A stretch of 64,000 nt of DNA from NCBI GenBank assembly GCA_964016885.1, contig OZ024741.1, positions 44,330,001 to 44,394,000 on the forward strand, in the 5' to 3' direction. Position numbers and translations under genes: made by a program. Shown here piece after piece: positions 33,572 through 46,846 of this stretch. The notes below the pieces were generated by a model. The model was not told the DNA's origin, made no database searches, and saw nothing but the letters and a program-made list of their open reading frames with translations. The stretch's first letter is position 1. The number at the start of each line of letters is the position of its first letter. The DNA comes from Eledone cirrhosa. Lineage: Eukaryota.

Positions 33572-33965
33572 CTAAGAGAAAGAGATAAACATATATACAG
33601 GCATGATTATGATGGCTGCAACTCGATTTCGTGTAGCGCTATCACTTGATACATAAGCATGAGCAGCACAAACATGGGCTTTTACTCCTGCTAGGGACTT
33701 GTACACTCTTGCACATACGTTGCACCAGTGAAGGCCTCTCGCAATAGGTGTTACGTTCTTGTGTTGGTGCATTTTCAAGTGACGTTTCAGACCACCAACT
33801 GAGGCACACTGTTTATCGCACCCCCACTAACAGAAATGCCATACAATGCACAGTTGACGGTGTCCACGTTTACGTGGTTTCCTTGATGATTACCAAGGCC
33901 CACCCTACTTAGACATAACCGGTCACATTCTTTACAGATTAAATCAACCTGCATGCCAAGATACT
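33572..33965 (-). pseudogene. Three C2H2-like zinc fingers, probably the C-terminus of an RTE-type LINE ORF
   Basis: CKECDRLCLSRVGLGNH, (C)DKQCASVGGLKRHLKMH, CNVCARVYKSLAGVKAH; frameshifted; no TGEKP linkers. Confidence 0.6.
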
Positions 33966-34286
33966 TGGACTAACACACAGGTAGAGTACATTTATCTTAA
34001 AAATAATCAGTGGTTGTTACATTTCACAACATTGTCTATGAAGCTGATAATATATCTGCAAACAACATGTTAACTTTAGATTACGCATAATGTTGAGGAT
34101 AATTAACTATACATGGCGGGATTAGATATTTTACTTTAATATTTATACATCTGCATTTCCTTCCTGTAATAGATCAACAAACATTAGGGAAAGACGCATT
34201 GAAAACAATTTCATGTTACAATTTTGGCAGTAAACTATCATTTAAATGTGTTTTAAGCATATCTATCTATCCACCCCTCTCTCTTT

Positions 34287-34379
<93 letters not shown>

Positions 34380-34416
34380 TCATTCTCTGTCTGTCTCACT
34401 TCTCTCTCCCTCTAAC

Positions 34417-34494
<78 letters not shown>

Positions 34495-34529
34495 CTCTGT
34501 CTGTCTCACTTCTCTCTCCCTCTACCCCC

Positions 34530-34568
<39 letters not shown>

Positions 34569-35345
34569 CATGAATATAAATATATTTATTTTTCTATAGG
34601 CTTGCTCACATATACGCTTATACATATTAATTTCTAATAACTTTAGAAGCAAAACACCTATTCCTCACGAACACACCATAATATGATTATTTCAGTAGAG
34701 AACTCACACGCAGTATGCTTTTAATAATAATAATAGTGATAACAATGATAATAATGCTTTCTATAATAATAATGAAAAAAACAAAAAAAGAAATGCAGAA
34801 ACAAATACATAACAAAGTAAAAACAAATAGATTGTATAATAAATAAGTACACACAAAATTAGATATTATATATGACAGGTAAATAAAGTTTATTATTTAA
34901 CACAATCAGTAAATATCATAACGTGAATTGCATTAGAAACACCACATGAATAAAACGATTTTTCTAGAATAAAATAAATCGCACTTGGAATTCATGTAAA
35001 TTATAATGGTGTCAAGCAACAGGGTAATTTGGCCATGGAACCTGAACGTGTCTATATTTATCGTTCTTCCTCATACTTTCACTATTTACTTCTCAATGTT
35101 AATTCATGTGATTCCATTAGAAATAAAACATAAGCTGGAATAGTTGAAGTAGATTTCCATTAATTGAACATTAGATTTTTAGATATTTTTTTATATATAT
35201 AAAAGTTGAGTTAATGTTAAAATGTTATGTATTTCTCTCTCCTCTCTCTGTATATATATATATCTATATATGTGTCTGTGTGTGTCTGCGTGTATACGTA
35301 TATATACACAGGAACATACATACATACACACACATATATATATTC

Positions 35346-35385
<40 letters not shown>

Positions 35386-35504
35386 GTAGGAGAAAGAGAG
35401 TGAGGGTGAGAGAGAGAGAGAGAGGAGGAGAGAGAGAGATATCTATACGTGTATTAAAAATAAGCTTTTCAAAAACCCCTGTCTACCCTAAATATATTTA
35501 TAAA

Positions 35505-36170
35505 TATGTTTCTTGTGTCGGTTAATTTATGAAGCTGTGGTCACTTCCAATCGACCAAACCAACCACAGGAGGTCAAATCTTATGTGGGCATCGCGGAGG
35601 GCCGATTTAAGGAACGTTTCCTGAACCATCAGTCGACCTTTAGGTACTTGGACAGACGTTCATCCACGAAACTCGCGAGCCGCGAATGGTCCCTCAAGGA
35701 CTCAAGTATAGACTACTCCATTCAATGAAAAGCCATCACTCAGTCCAAGCCATACTCAAGTGGAAATCCGTCGTGTAGACTGTGTGTTGCCGAACGAATA
35801 AATATTCTAAAGAGATTATGCAATAGTGATTGCCTAAACACGAGGAATGAATTTTTCACACGTTGTCCACACGTCTCGAAACACCTATTGTATAACTACA
35901 AAGCTCCGGATTGAATGAATTATTGTAACAACATCAATATTTTTTTCTTATCAACTAAAAACTTTTCGGACTTTCGTAGTTATCTCCCTTACACCTCTCG
36001 CATGCATTTTAGTATTGCCTGTGTGAAGTGACGGGTTGTTGCGCATGCGCGTTCGTACGGTTGTCCTTCCTGTTCCGTATAACCATGCCCATTACGAGCT
36101 GTGGATCCGCTAAGGTGAAACAATTGTTCTCGGTATGGTGAACTACCTGTTGTGTAACCAAATCTACCTA
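35505..36170 (+). mobile_element. 3' fragment of Hydra-like PLE (GIY-YIG + 3' repeat with HHR at 36095-36132)
   Basis: LIYEAVV..SYVGIAEGRFKERF..H, CRLC..E, LNTRNE..CPH; HHR CGAG-CUGUGGA-UCC(GCUAA)GGU-GAAA-CAAUUG-UU-CUCG (A6 mutated). Confidence 0.8.
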
Positions 36171-36295
36171 ACTCGTCCCATGGACTGAATGCTCTACCAC
36201 TACGGATATTACATTCCAGTGTTCTACCACTATATATATATATATATATATTGAGAGAGAGAGAGAGTGAGAGAGAGAGAGAGAGAGGGAGAGAG

Positions 36296-36350
<55 letters not shown>

Positions 36351-36598
36351 GGAGATGTATTTATTTTGCAAGGTTTTTTATATGAAATCGCGTGTTATAT
36401 TGGGGGAATGTCATATTATCCTAATATTGCCAGACAAAAATAATAAAACACACTCACTGTTGGGTTGGATTTTCGCTTCAGTATATTTTATATATTACCC
36501 ACTCTACTACCCTAAGTATCGAGTACTTTGGTGCGTTATAGTCCACCTGGTCCCTTACCACACTTCCTTCGTTATATATATATATATGTGTGTTGTGT

Positions 36599-36712
<114 letters not shown>

Positions 36713-37844
36713 GTTACTCTTCTGTTTTGTAGAGTCGTTTCAATACTTCATACTTGATCTGGAATACTTCATACTTGTTCCGCTTTCAAATACGACGAAT
36801 GGCATATGTACATTTCGTCATTTCGGGGTCGATAAAGTAACTCATAACAGAATCCTGATGCAGCCCTTTCAACTTTCTCCTACTACATACTGGATGACCT
36901 GCTGGTTTATTGGAAGGAATCTGGAAGTTGTCTACGTCTGTTTGCGATTGAATTTTAATTTCTCTCGTTTACATTACATAATTTCTAAGTTGCATTATAC
37001 CACCTTTCATGTAACAATAACAAATGTATTTCTGTTTCAGGCATCCGTATGGCATTAATTTCTTTGACTAATTCTAATAGGCGTTGTTTAATTTCAAATA
37101 GATTCAGTTAAAATGTAATGTTTGAAAATAATGTAATCACGGTGCCTCATGATTTCGAAATGAATGACATAACTAGAGAGCCATGTATCTGTCTCGTGTT
37201 ATGTATATAGATAACAAGGTTTTTAATACAGACAATTAAATGATGTCACCTGTTTAAACATGTTATATTGATAATAAAGCTGTACAATGTATAGTTTCCA
37301 AAATATTCATCAAATATTCTAAATTTTAACTTAATATGGAGCAATGAAATGCAATTGTCTGGTGAATTCTTAAACAAGAAGCGTATAATTTATATAATAA
37401 TAATAATAACTCAAAGCGACGAGCTGCGGAAAAGCTTGTTTCACAAGCGACGACCACACCTTATTAACGTTTAGGCAGAACACTTGAGGATGCCGCAGTC
37501 TCAGGGCATGTTGCGCATCATTAGCCACGGCCAGTACAGCGCTTCGCGTAGAGGGAGCTGGCAGCATTTTGACCGCTTCTCCCAGGGAACATGTCCTCTT
37601 CTCACAAATTTGGCGAGGTACGAATGGGGGCAAGGCACAGCCGTCAGGCGGTATGAGATGACGGATCTTTCAGGGACAGATCCTCTCGGCCTATCTCTGG
37701 CTGAGAGTGGCTACACTGAATACTTCAGGGCAAAGACTGAGGCCTTATGTTCTCTTTGTAACAACATTTTTAAAGGAATAAAATGGATGTACACGAACAA
37801 AAGTTACGGAGCGTAAACAGCCGTGGCCTATCGTTTAGAGACAA

Positions 37845-38080
37845 ATAATGGTTCCTTATATTGGCACAAGGCCAGTAATTTGGGGGAGGGGAAAGTCGAT
37901 TAAATCGAGCCCCAGTACGTTGCTGGTGCTTTATTTTATCGACTCCGTAAAAGGAAATACAAAGTTAACCTCGGCGGGATTTTGAACTCAGTTTTAGAAA
38001 CAAATAATGATAATAATTGATTCTCCTTTAGGCACAAGGCCAGCAAATACCCAGTGCATTACTGGTACTTTATTTTATAA
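37845..38080 (-). mobile_element. Octopus-type SINE fragments (two)
   Basis: GGCACAAGGCCAG...GTCGATTAAATCGA...AACCTCGGCGGGATTTTGAACTCAG. Confidence 0.7.
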
Positions 38081-38334
38081 AGCTCTTTATTTAATTAAGA
38101 AACCATAATTTAGTGATATATTTTCTTTAAGTTTATTAAAGTATGTAAATACATTGGGAAAATTTAAGATGGCGTGCTTCGTGTTAGTTATCTGTGTCTG
38201 GTAAATAGGAAATATTATTTAGGAGTAATATCAGCTTTAATTCTACATGTACAATGATGTTAATGACTTTTAATCTGAAGCTGAATAGTTCAGACATTTT
38301 TTAGGTTTCTCTCGCGTTAATTGGAATAAGCTTT

Positions 38335-38400
<66 letters not shown>

Positions 38401-38424
38401 CATATATCTATCTATCTATCTATA

Positions 38425-38460
<36 letters not shown>

Positions 38461-38461
<1 letters not shown>

Positions 38462-38610
38462 TAAAATAACGGGTGAAAGCAGCGATTCTTTGCTTAAACT
38501 TTAAGCTGTTATTTAAAAAAATATTTGCTCTACCGCTCTTATATATTTGATATATATTTATCCTTATCGAGCCCTCTTTGGATTTTAGTCTTCAAATTTA
38601 TAATTATTAC

Positions 38611-38680
<70 letters not shown>

Positions 38681-38706
38681 GAGAGAGAGTGAGAGAGAGA
38701 GAGAGA

Positions 38707-38773
<67 letters not shown>

Positions 38774-41700
38774 GGGAGAGATTAGAGTAACAGATTAAAG
38801 TTTAAGCAAAGAATCGCAGATTTCACCCTTAACGGGATATTCTGAAACTAAAAATATCAATCTGTGAACGCTGAAGTAAATATTTCGAAAAACGTTGCAA
38901 CCGAAGAAAGACAAGAAGACGACACTTTGGTTCATGGAAACGTTCCCTGGCAAAGAACGGATAAAAACGAAGATAATACGTCATTATTTGGACCGATGAA
39001 AACAATTACACTCAAAGACAAAACCACCTTTATGGTATAACTGAAGTCGTAGACAAAATTCTATTTAGGAAACCGAATGATTCTCGGCTTCAGAGTTAAG
39101 AATAATGTAAATAAATGACAGAGGTAATTTAAATCACGAAAAATTAAATATATATATGCACGCATTCATATACGTACATACACATGCATACGCGAAAACA
39201 CCTGCCATGGGTATCCAAATACAAGCACGTACACAAAAAAACACGCTCGCACACATACGAACGTATGCACCAAATACACATAAAATTATATATTTAAAAA
39301 ATATATATATATGTGTGTGTGTGCGTGTATACATATAATTTTATAAACGTATATAAATATACACACATAAGTACGTATATAACGCGCGCACGCACATACC
39401 TACATGTAAATACACATATGTTCGCTAAACGAACGTCAACCAAAGCACAAAGTACACATATACACACACCCTAGAAACGTACGAACGCGCATATTCACAC
39501 AGACGCAAAACTCATGTAAACACATGACCATATGCACATGTACCAGTATATATAATATAATATATACGCCTATAACATATACTAGCGAATATGCGTACGA
39601 GAATGTATACGTACCTTCACAAAACATACAGGTAATATATACTTACCTAGACAAATAAGTAATGGTATAAACATAACATATACTTAGCTACCAAATCAAG
39701 ACGTAAATTATCCGTGTATAGTTCGTACTATCCGTTAAGTTATAAGGTGGGGCTGTAATAAGGAAAGTGTTGTGCAATTTATGTTTACAATCCGAAATTG
39801 CCTCAGATTTTTTGTTTAATATGTGGTCTTTGGCGTAGAGTATTTCCAGGGCTTCAGCGGCGCAGTAAAACCATGGTCTTATATTTCCGTTATACGATCT
39901 AGCCCTAGCTAGGATCACCCAGTGAAACTGATATTGGGTGTGGTTGTCTTTTAGACTCCAGATATGAACTGAAAGTGACGTCATATTTCTTCTTAAAGGG
40001 TTAAGAAAAGAATGGGTATGCATGTAAAGACGCTGCCTGGATCTATTGGCGGTTAACACTATGTAGTCCCTACGGGACGTGGGTGTTTCACCCTTAGATT
40101 TGTAGACAATGTTACTAGAGAGGCATTTCCCGGATAGGGGGCAGTCAACCCGATTCCTATAATTACAGTTAGTACTAGGTACAGGGTTGCACGTGTTCCT
40201 ACGGCTAGGTAATTTAGCTAAATTTGAAGCTGTGATGTTATGTGCAAGCTTAGGAGTCGTAGAGTAAGGAATTTTAATGGTATTTTTATTAAACATTTTA
40301 CTATATTTATGTGCTGGGAGGAAATGCTTCATAATAAGGGAGAGAAAGATCTTAGCTAATGGTGTGGCCACCTCCATATTATATAGTGGGTTATACCATA
40401 TATTGCGTCGGGATCTATTTTTCCTAGGTCTATTTTCAATTTCTGTATATGCTACCTTATCGACAAATCTACTCCGAGCAAGAGCTTCATCGTAATATGT
40501 GGAATGCTCGGTGAAAATATGCTCGTTTGTAGATAGACGGGAAGGCCTCAAAGAAACGTTTCTTACCAGGTTATTGGTTATGCTGGCAGGATGGTTAGAA
40601 TACTTAGTTATGAAATTAAGCGTATCATTCGGCTTTCTATACGGGTAGTGAGAGCCATTCGACAAATCGAGGGTAACGTCGATGTAATTACCGACCGAGA
40701 GGATGGCCTCAACCTGTATGGAGAGGTTGAAGCCTTTAAAGAAGGCTGTGAGTTCTTTTCTGAACCTGTCGCAAGCATGTGGGCCGCACTTTGTCATGGT
40801 CAAAAGACCGTCATCACGGTACAAACCACCGCCCACGTTGGGGAATTCTTCCTTGATAGAGAAAAGAAGGAAAAGGCCGATAAGATCAGTAACCTCCGCA
40901 GAATCGCTGGTGCCCATACGTCGAATGGGGTAATATTAGATTTGTTAATCCAAATAGCATCGTCGAAACTATTCACCGACCTACGGGCATTGGGGATGAC
41001 ATCAACTTCGAAGTCCTCAACCACCGTGAGTGTTTTAGCAAAATTGATAGTTCTAAGAAGAAGTGATAAAGTGATGGAGGAGTAGTATTTATTGATGTCG
41101 AATTGGATAAAACGGCAATGTTCCTTGTTGCATATGCCGTTGAACCAATCAATCACCGCGAAAGAATTGTTCCACAGTGCAAGAGGGGCCAAACTTCTAA
41201 TTTCAGTTATAATTCTATGTAAAATCATTTTACTAAGTCTACCTAACTCGGACTTCGTATGGTTAATAAGCCGAATAGAGGGGTTATTCGGCAAATTGGA
41301 TTTGTGATCATTCAGGGTAAAGTGGGGAGAAATAGAGTCCAGAGATTCAGTCTGGTCCAGGATGTTGAAATCAGAGGTGATTTTAAACCCACAATCGTTG
41401 ATTTCAATAATGACGCTCCGATTAGTTTTACGGTAATCCTTTGTTAAAGCATTATGTAGCAGTTGATGGTAAGTACTGCGCTCCACTTGATATAGATTTC
41501 CAGTTTTGTCGGAGTGGACGTGCACGGCATTAGAATCCTTAATAGAACGAATTCTTTTCTTCAGGTCCTGATTTCCAAGACATCATTTTCGAAGGGTAGC
41601 AATGAGGATTACTCGGAGGGTTATTGTAGGTATTAAACCCAAATTTATCTTGTTTGTTGTACGCTTTTCCCTGATTATCGAAATAAAAGGCACGCCAACG

Positions 41701-42590
41701 TAACCTTTTAAAGAACACGCCTATGTTCTGTATCAGGTTTAGGTATGTTTTCCTGCTTGGTACGGGTATGTTCTTTGTAGAAATATTCAAATGTTATTTC
41801 TGCATGATGAATATAAATCTATAGAGTGCTCAACCGAGGGAGCCAAATAGTAATAATAATAAATTTGAAGACTAAAATCCAAAGAGGGCTCGATAAGGAT
41901 AAATATATATCAAATATATAAGAACCGTAGAGCAAATATTTATTAAAATAACAGAATAAATTTTAAGCAAAGAATCGCTGCATTCACCCTTAATGGGATC
42001 TTCTGAAATTAAAGAAAATCAATCTGTGAAGGCAAAAGTAAATATTTCGAAAAACGTTGCAATCGAAGGAAGACAGGAAGACGATACTTTGGTTCATGGA
42101 AAAAACTGAAGATAATACGTCATTATTTGGAGCGGTGAAAACAATTACACGCAAAGACCAAACCACGTTTATGGTATACATGAAGTCGTAGACAAAATTC
42201 TATTAGGAAACCGAATGATTCTCGGCTTCAGAGTTAAGAATAATGAATTAAATTACAGAGGTAATTGAAATCAACAAAAATTAAATATATACATGCACGC
42301 ATCTATAAACGTACATACATATGCATACGCGAAAACACCCGGCATGTGTATGCAAATACAAGCACGTACAAAAAAAAAAACATGCACGCACATACAGAAC
42401 CCATGCAACGCCTGTACCCGCACGCATACGAACGTATACACCAAATACACATAAAATTATATATTTAAAAATATATATATATATGTGTGTGTGTGTGTGG
42501 TTGTGCGTGTATACATATAATTATATAAACGTATATAAATGTACACACATAAATACGTATATAACGCCGCATGCACATACCTACATAGAT
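38461..42590 (-). mobile_element. Near full-length degenerate Hydra-like PLE with pseudo-LTRs
   Basis: ORF pieces 41539-41790 (STKNIPVPS..KRLRWRA), 40800-41525 (SDKTGNLY, FIQFDI..YYSSI), 39688-40917 ([19 protein letters not shown]); direct repeats 38788-39410 and ~41948-42590; inverted partial copy 38461-38612. Confidence 0.9.
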
Positions 42591-42599
42591 ATATATATA

Positions 42600-44890
42600 T
42601 ATATGTGTAAATAAATATTCACGGTTGTGTATGATTGTGTATAGAAGATTATATTAATAAAAGGAATTCCAACTTTGTCTGATTAATTCGTTTTAATTAC
42701 AATCCTTTAAAATTATAATGATATTAGAATGAAATATTATGGTAGAATATTAAATGTTAATTGAACAATTACTTTCATGCTTTCGCAATCTTCAGGCTCA
42801 TATTCAGTGGTGACAGTCAAGTTTGCAATTTTCGACAATGAGATGGCTAAAATGTGTGCCTTATATGCAGTAAACAAGGGCTACAGAATGCTAAGTTTTG
42901 CAAACTGTATTTTGACCAATCGGTGTGTGGTTTTACTAGATTACTAAAGCTGATTGGTTTAGGCGTCACGGTTTGTTGAGCATGTCTAACGACTTCTATT
43001 TGACCCTATCCAAAGCATTAATTGTTTTGCTATTTTTAGAAATGATGAAAATAGCATTTTCTAGGGTTTTATAAAAAATCTTCAGTAATCATCACTATCA
43101 ACATCACTTGTATTATTATTATTGTTGTTGTGATTGTTAGTGGTGGTAGTCGACATGGTGGTAGGCGCAGTCATAGTAGAAGTAATACCCCTAAGCATTA
43201 TTTTTGTTCATTTAGCTTGGGTTGGAATTCATCAATAACATTCTTTTCTTTAATTTTTCTCTTGATTTCACTTGGGCTGTGTAGTTTGTAGAATGGAAAT
43301 ATTATAAACATTTTCTGACCACATGTTGCCAGATGGTTACTCAGAGGTATCTGACGGATTTTAGGTATCTGATTTGCTGTCGGTGCACCCGTGCACGTTC
43401 CGATAGTGCATTTCCAGTTTGACCGACATATAGTTCTTCACAATTCGGGCATTTAATGCAGTAAATTAGATTTCTGCTTTTGTAGTTCATATTTGCATTT
43501 GGGAATATTTTTCCAGTTTTTGTGTTCATATAGTGACCAGTGTGTATGAACTGACATGTGCCACATCGACTATCATTGCATTTAGATACAGTGAATGATT
43601 TGTCTTTGCTGTTAAGGTCAAATTTTGCCTTTGTTAGTAATTGCTTCAAATTTTTCGGCTCTCTTTTACTAAGAGTCAAAGCTCGGTCTGTGATTAAACC
43701 TTTTAATTCATTACTTTGAGCAATGATCGGTAGATTTGCTTTGGCAGTGTTGAAGATATTCTGGTGACATGGGTTGTGTGTCATTATAAATGGTATGGCC
43801 AGTTCTTGGTTTCTTCTCCCTTGGGTTGTCCTAAGTTGTTGTATAGGTATATTTATAGCCCGCTGTATGCCATTTTCTATAAGTAGAGATGGGTATTTTT
43901 GTTTGAGCAAAAATTCTCTCAGTTCTGTTAGGCGTTTGTTCCTGGTATTTGTATCTTCTACAATGGTACAAATTATTCTGGCTAGGCAGTATGGGATGTT
44001 GGGTTTTGTATGAGGTGGATGGCACGACTTAAAATTAAGATATTGATGGGTGTCTGTGTGTTTATAATATATATCCGTGGTAATGGTGGTATCGTTTTTG
44101 ATTACCATTATATGTAGGAATGGTAATTTGGTACTACTCATCTCTTTTGTGAATTGGAGAGATGGGTGTAGGTTATTCAGGAGGATATTGAACTCATCCA
44201 GAGTATCTAGAGATCTGTCTAGATGATGAAACAGTCGTCAAGGTGTCTCTTCCATGACTTTTCAATGTACTTTCTAAATTCAGTGCTATATGTTTCCTCT
44301 ATTTCTTGGTAGAGTTGTTGTTCTAAGTATCCCATTACAGAGTTCGCGTAAACGGGAGCAAACTTTGTTCCCATTCGCTGTGCCTCTAATTTTAATGTAA
44401 TTCTTTCCATTGAAGAAGAAAGTGTTGTTTTCCAGAATAAGCCTGACTGCGTCTAATATAAATGGCACTGTGAATCTGGTGGGAATGTTGGTGTAAAGGT
44501 TACCACATCAAAACTAAGTAGAGGTGAATTCGTTTCCGTGGTTTTAGGAAGATGGGACAGGAAGTCGATATCATCCCGGATGAAACTGGGTATGTGAATC
44601 CATAGTGGTTTCAAAATAATGTCAACAATATTGATTAGACGGTGGGAAGGGCATGTTGGACCAGCTATAAAAGGTTTAAGTTTTAAGTCTTTTGGGTGTA
44701 GTAATTTAATGTACTCACTTGTTTGTTCTTTTACTGCCAGTTGGGTTTCTTTTGACTTATGAATTTTCGGCTAGCCATACAGTTTGCTGGGTTTGGGCTC
44801 AAAATTGGAGATGTAGTCTCTTTCCTTATCAGTAAGTGAGTTGTAGTATTTTGAAGCCAGGTTGTTGAACTTCTTCATGATGTTGTGGTT
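42600..44890 (-). mobile_element. Degenerate Neptune-like PLE (RT + GIY-YIG), 5'-truncated
   Basis: MGTKFAPVYAN, HLDDCFII, YYKHTDTHQYL..SCHP, C..RC.TC, NLIYCIKC..C..LYVGQTG..R..VHRQQI. Confidence 0.9.
42762..42800 (-). ncRNA. Minimal HHR in the 3' region of the Neptune-like PLE
   Basis: Minus strand: UGAGC-CUGAAGA-UUGC(GAAA)GCAU-GAAA-GUAA-UU-GUUCA. Confidence 0.6.
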
Positions 44891-44950
44891 TATATTTGAC
44901 GGAATTTCATGGTATATATATATATCTCTGTGTGTGAGTGAGTGTGTGTG

Positions 44951-45112
<162 letters not shown>

Positions 45113-45660
45113 TGTGAGTGTGTATAGGAGTGTGTGTGCATATATATGCATGTTTGTTTGTGTGTATGTAGTTTTGCAATTCTAAGATAAATACATATAT
45201 CAGTATGGGTATATTCTATGCCTTTTTATCTAGCTCTGTTTATATATCTATTCTGCACTTGCACGGAGCTATATATGATTGGATGGATAGGTTCGCATGT
45301 CTGTATGGGTATTTGTGTACAAGCTGACGCGTACGCCGCCGTATTTCAATTACACGCCCTTTACTAAGATTACACCTTTAACGTACAATTCTATGTATTC
45401 TTTTCTACTACGATCTCGAAATATTCTCGCTAAATATTCTTTAACAATTGGGTCTTTCATTTCACGATGTCATTGCATAGTTTCTTTCAACACAGAATTT
45501 GTATTTTCTCTTACTATGATTGCACCCCTACATCAAACAAGAGTCTACCGTGTGGTACCACTAATATACCCATCCCCAATGGTAAAACAATGAAAGAATT
45601 CGTTTGTTATTGATGTATATTTATACTTAATCAATCTATATATATATATGTATATATAAC

Positions 45661-46480
<820 letters not shown>

Positions 46481-46579
46481 TATATATGTGTGCATGTATG
46501 TATGTATATACATACTACTGTACGTCTGTATACATATATGTACGTACGTATATATACTTATAGATAGAGAGATATAATA

Positions 46580-46846
46580 TCACTTACTTCAATTACTGAT
46601 TATTACTGGAATTCTTTAAGAATCCAACATTCATAATTTTCAGCAAACAGGAGGAGTGCTGAGCTTTGATAAGTACCAACAAGTACGAAACAGAACTCTG
46701 TCAGCTTATCTCCTATTTTTTGCTGAAAATTGAAGTAAGTGACATTGTCACTACTTTAAAACAATAGTGTAAGGTCTTCAAAATGCTTTTAATTAAGTGT
46801 ACAGTGTATTGCAAAATACACTATATATACATTCATATATATATAT
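46580..46846 (+). mobile_element. Dispersed monomer of the 316-bp family with U3-A8 HHR (46635-46731)
   Basis: ~46745-46840 is the approximate reverse complement of 13130-13225; AAUUUUCAGCAAA..AGCU-UUGAUAA-GUAC(CAACAA)GUAC-GAAA-CAG(AACU)CUG-UC-AGCU..UUUGCUGAAAAUU. Confidence 0.8.

Noticed and set aside
35726-35728. In-frame TGA in a PLE endonuclease as selenocysteine (as in some Naiad PLEs)
   Set aside because: It falls at the conserved Trp position (LNWKIL and FHWVIL in the paralogues), so it is a TGG>TGA nonsense mutation
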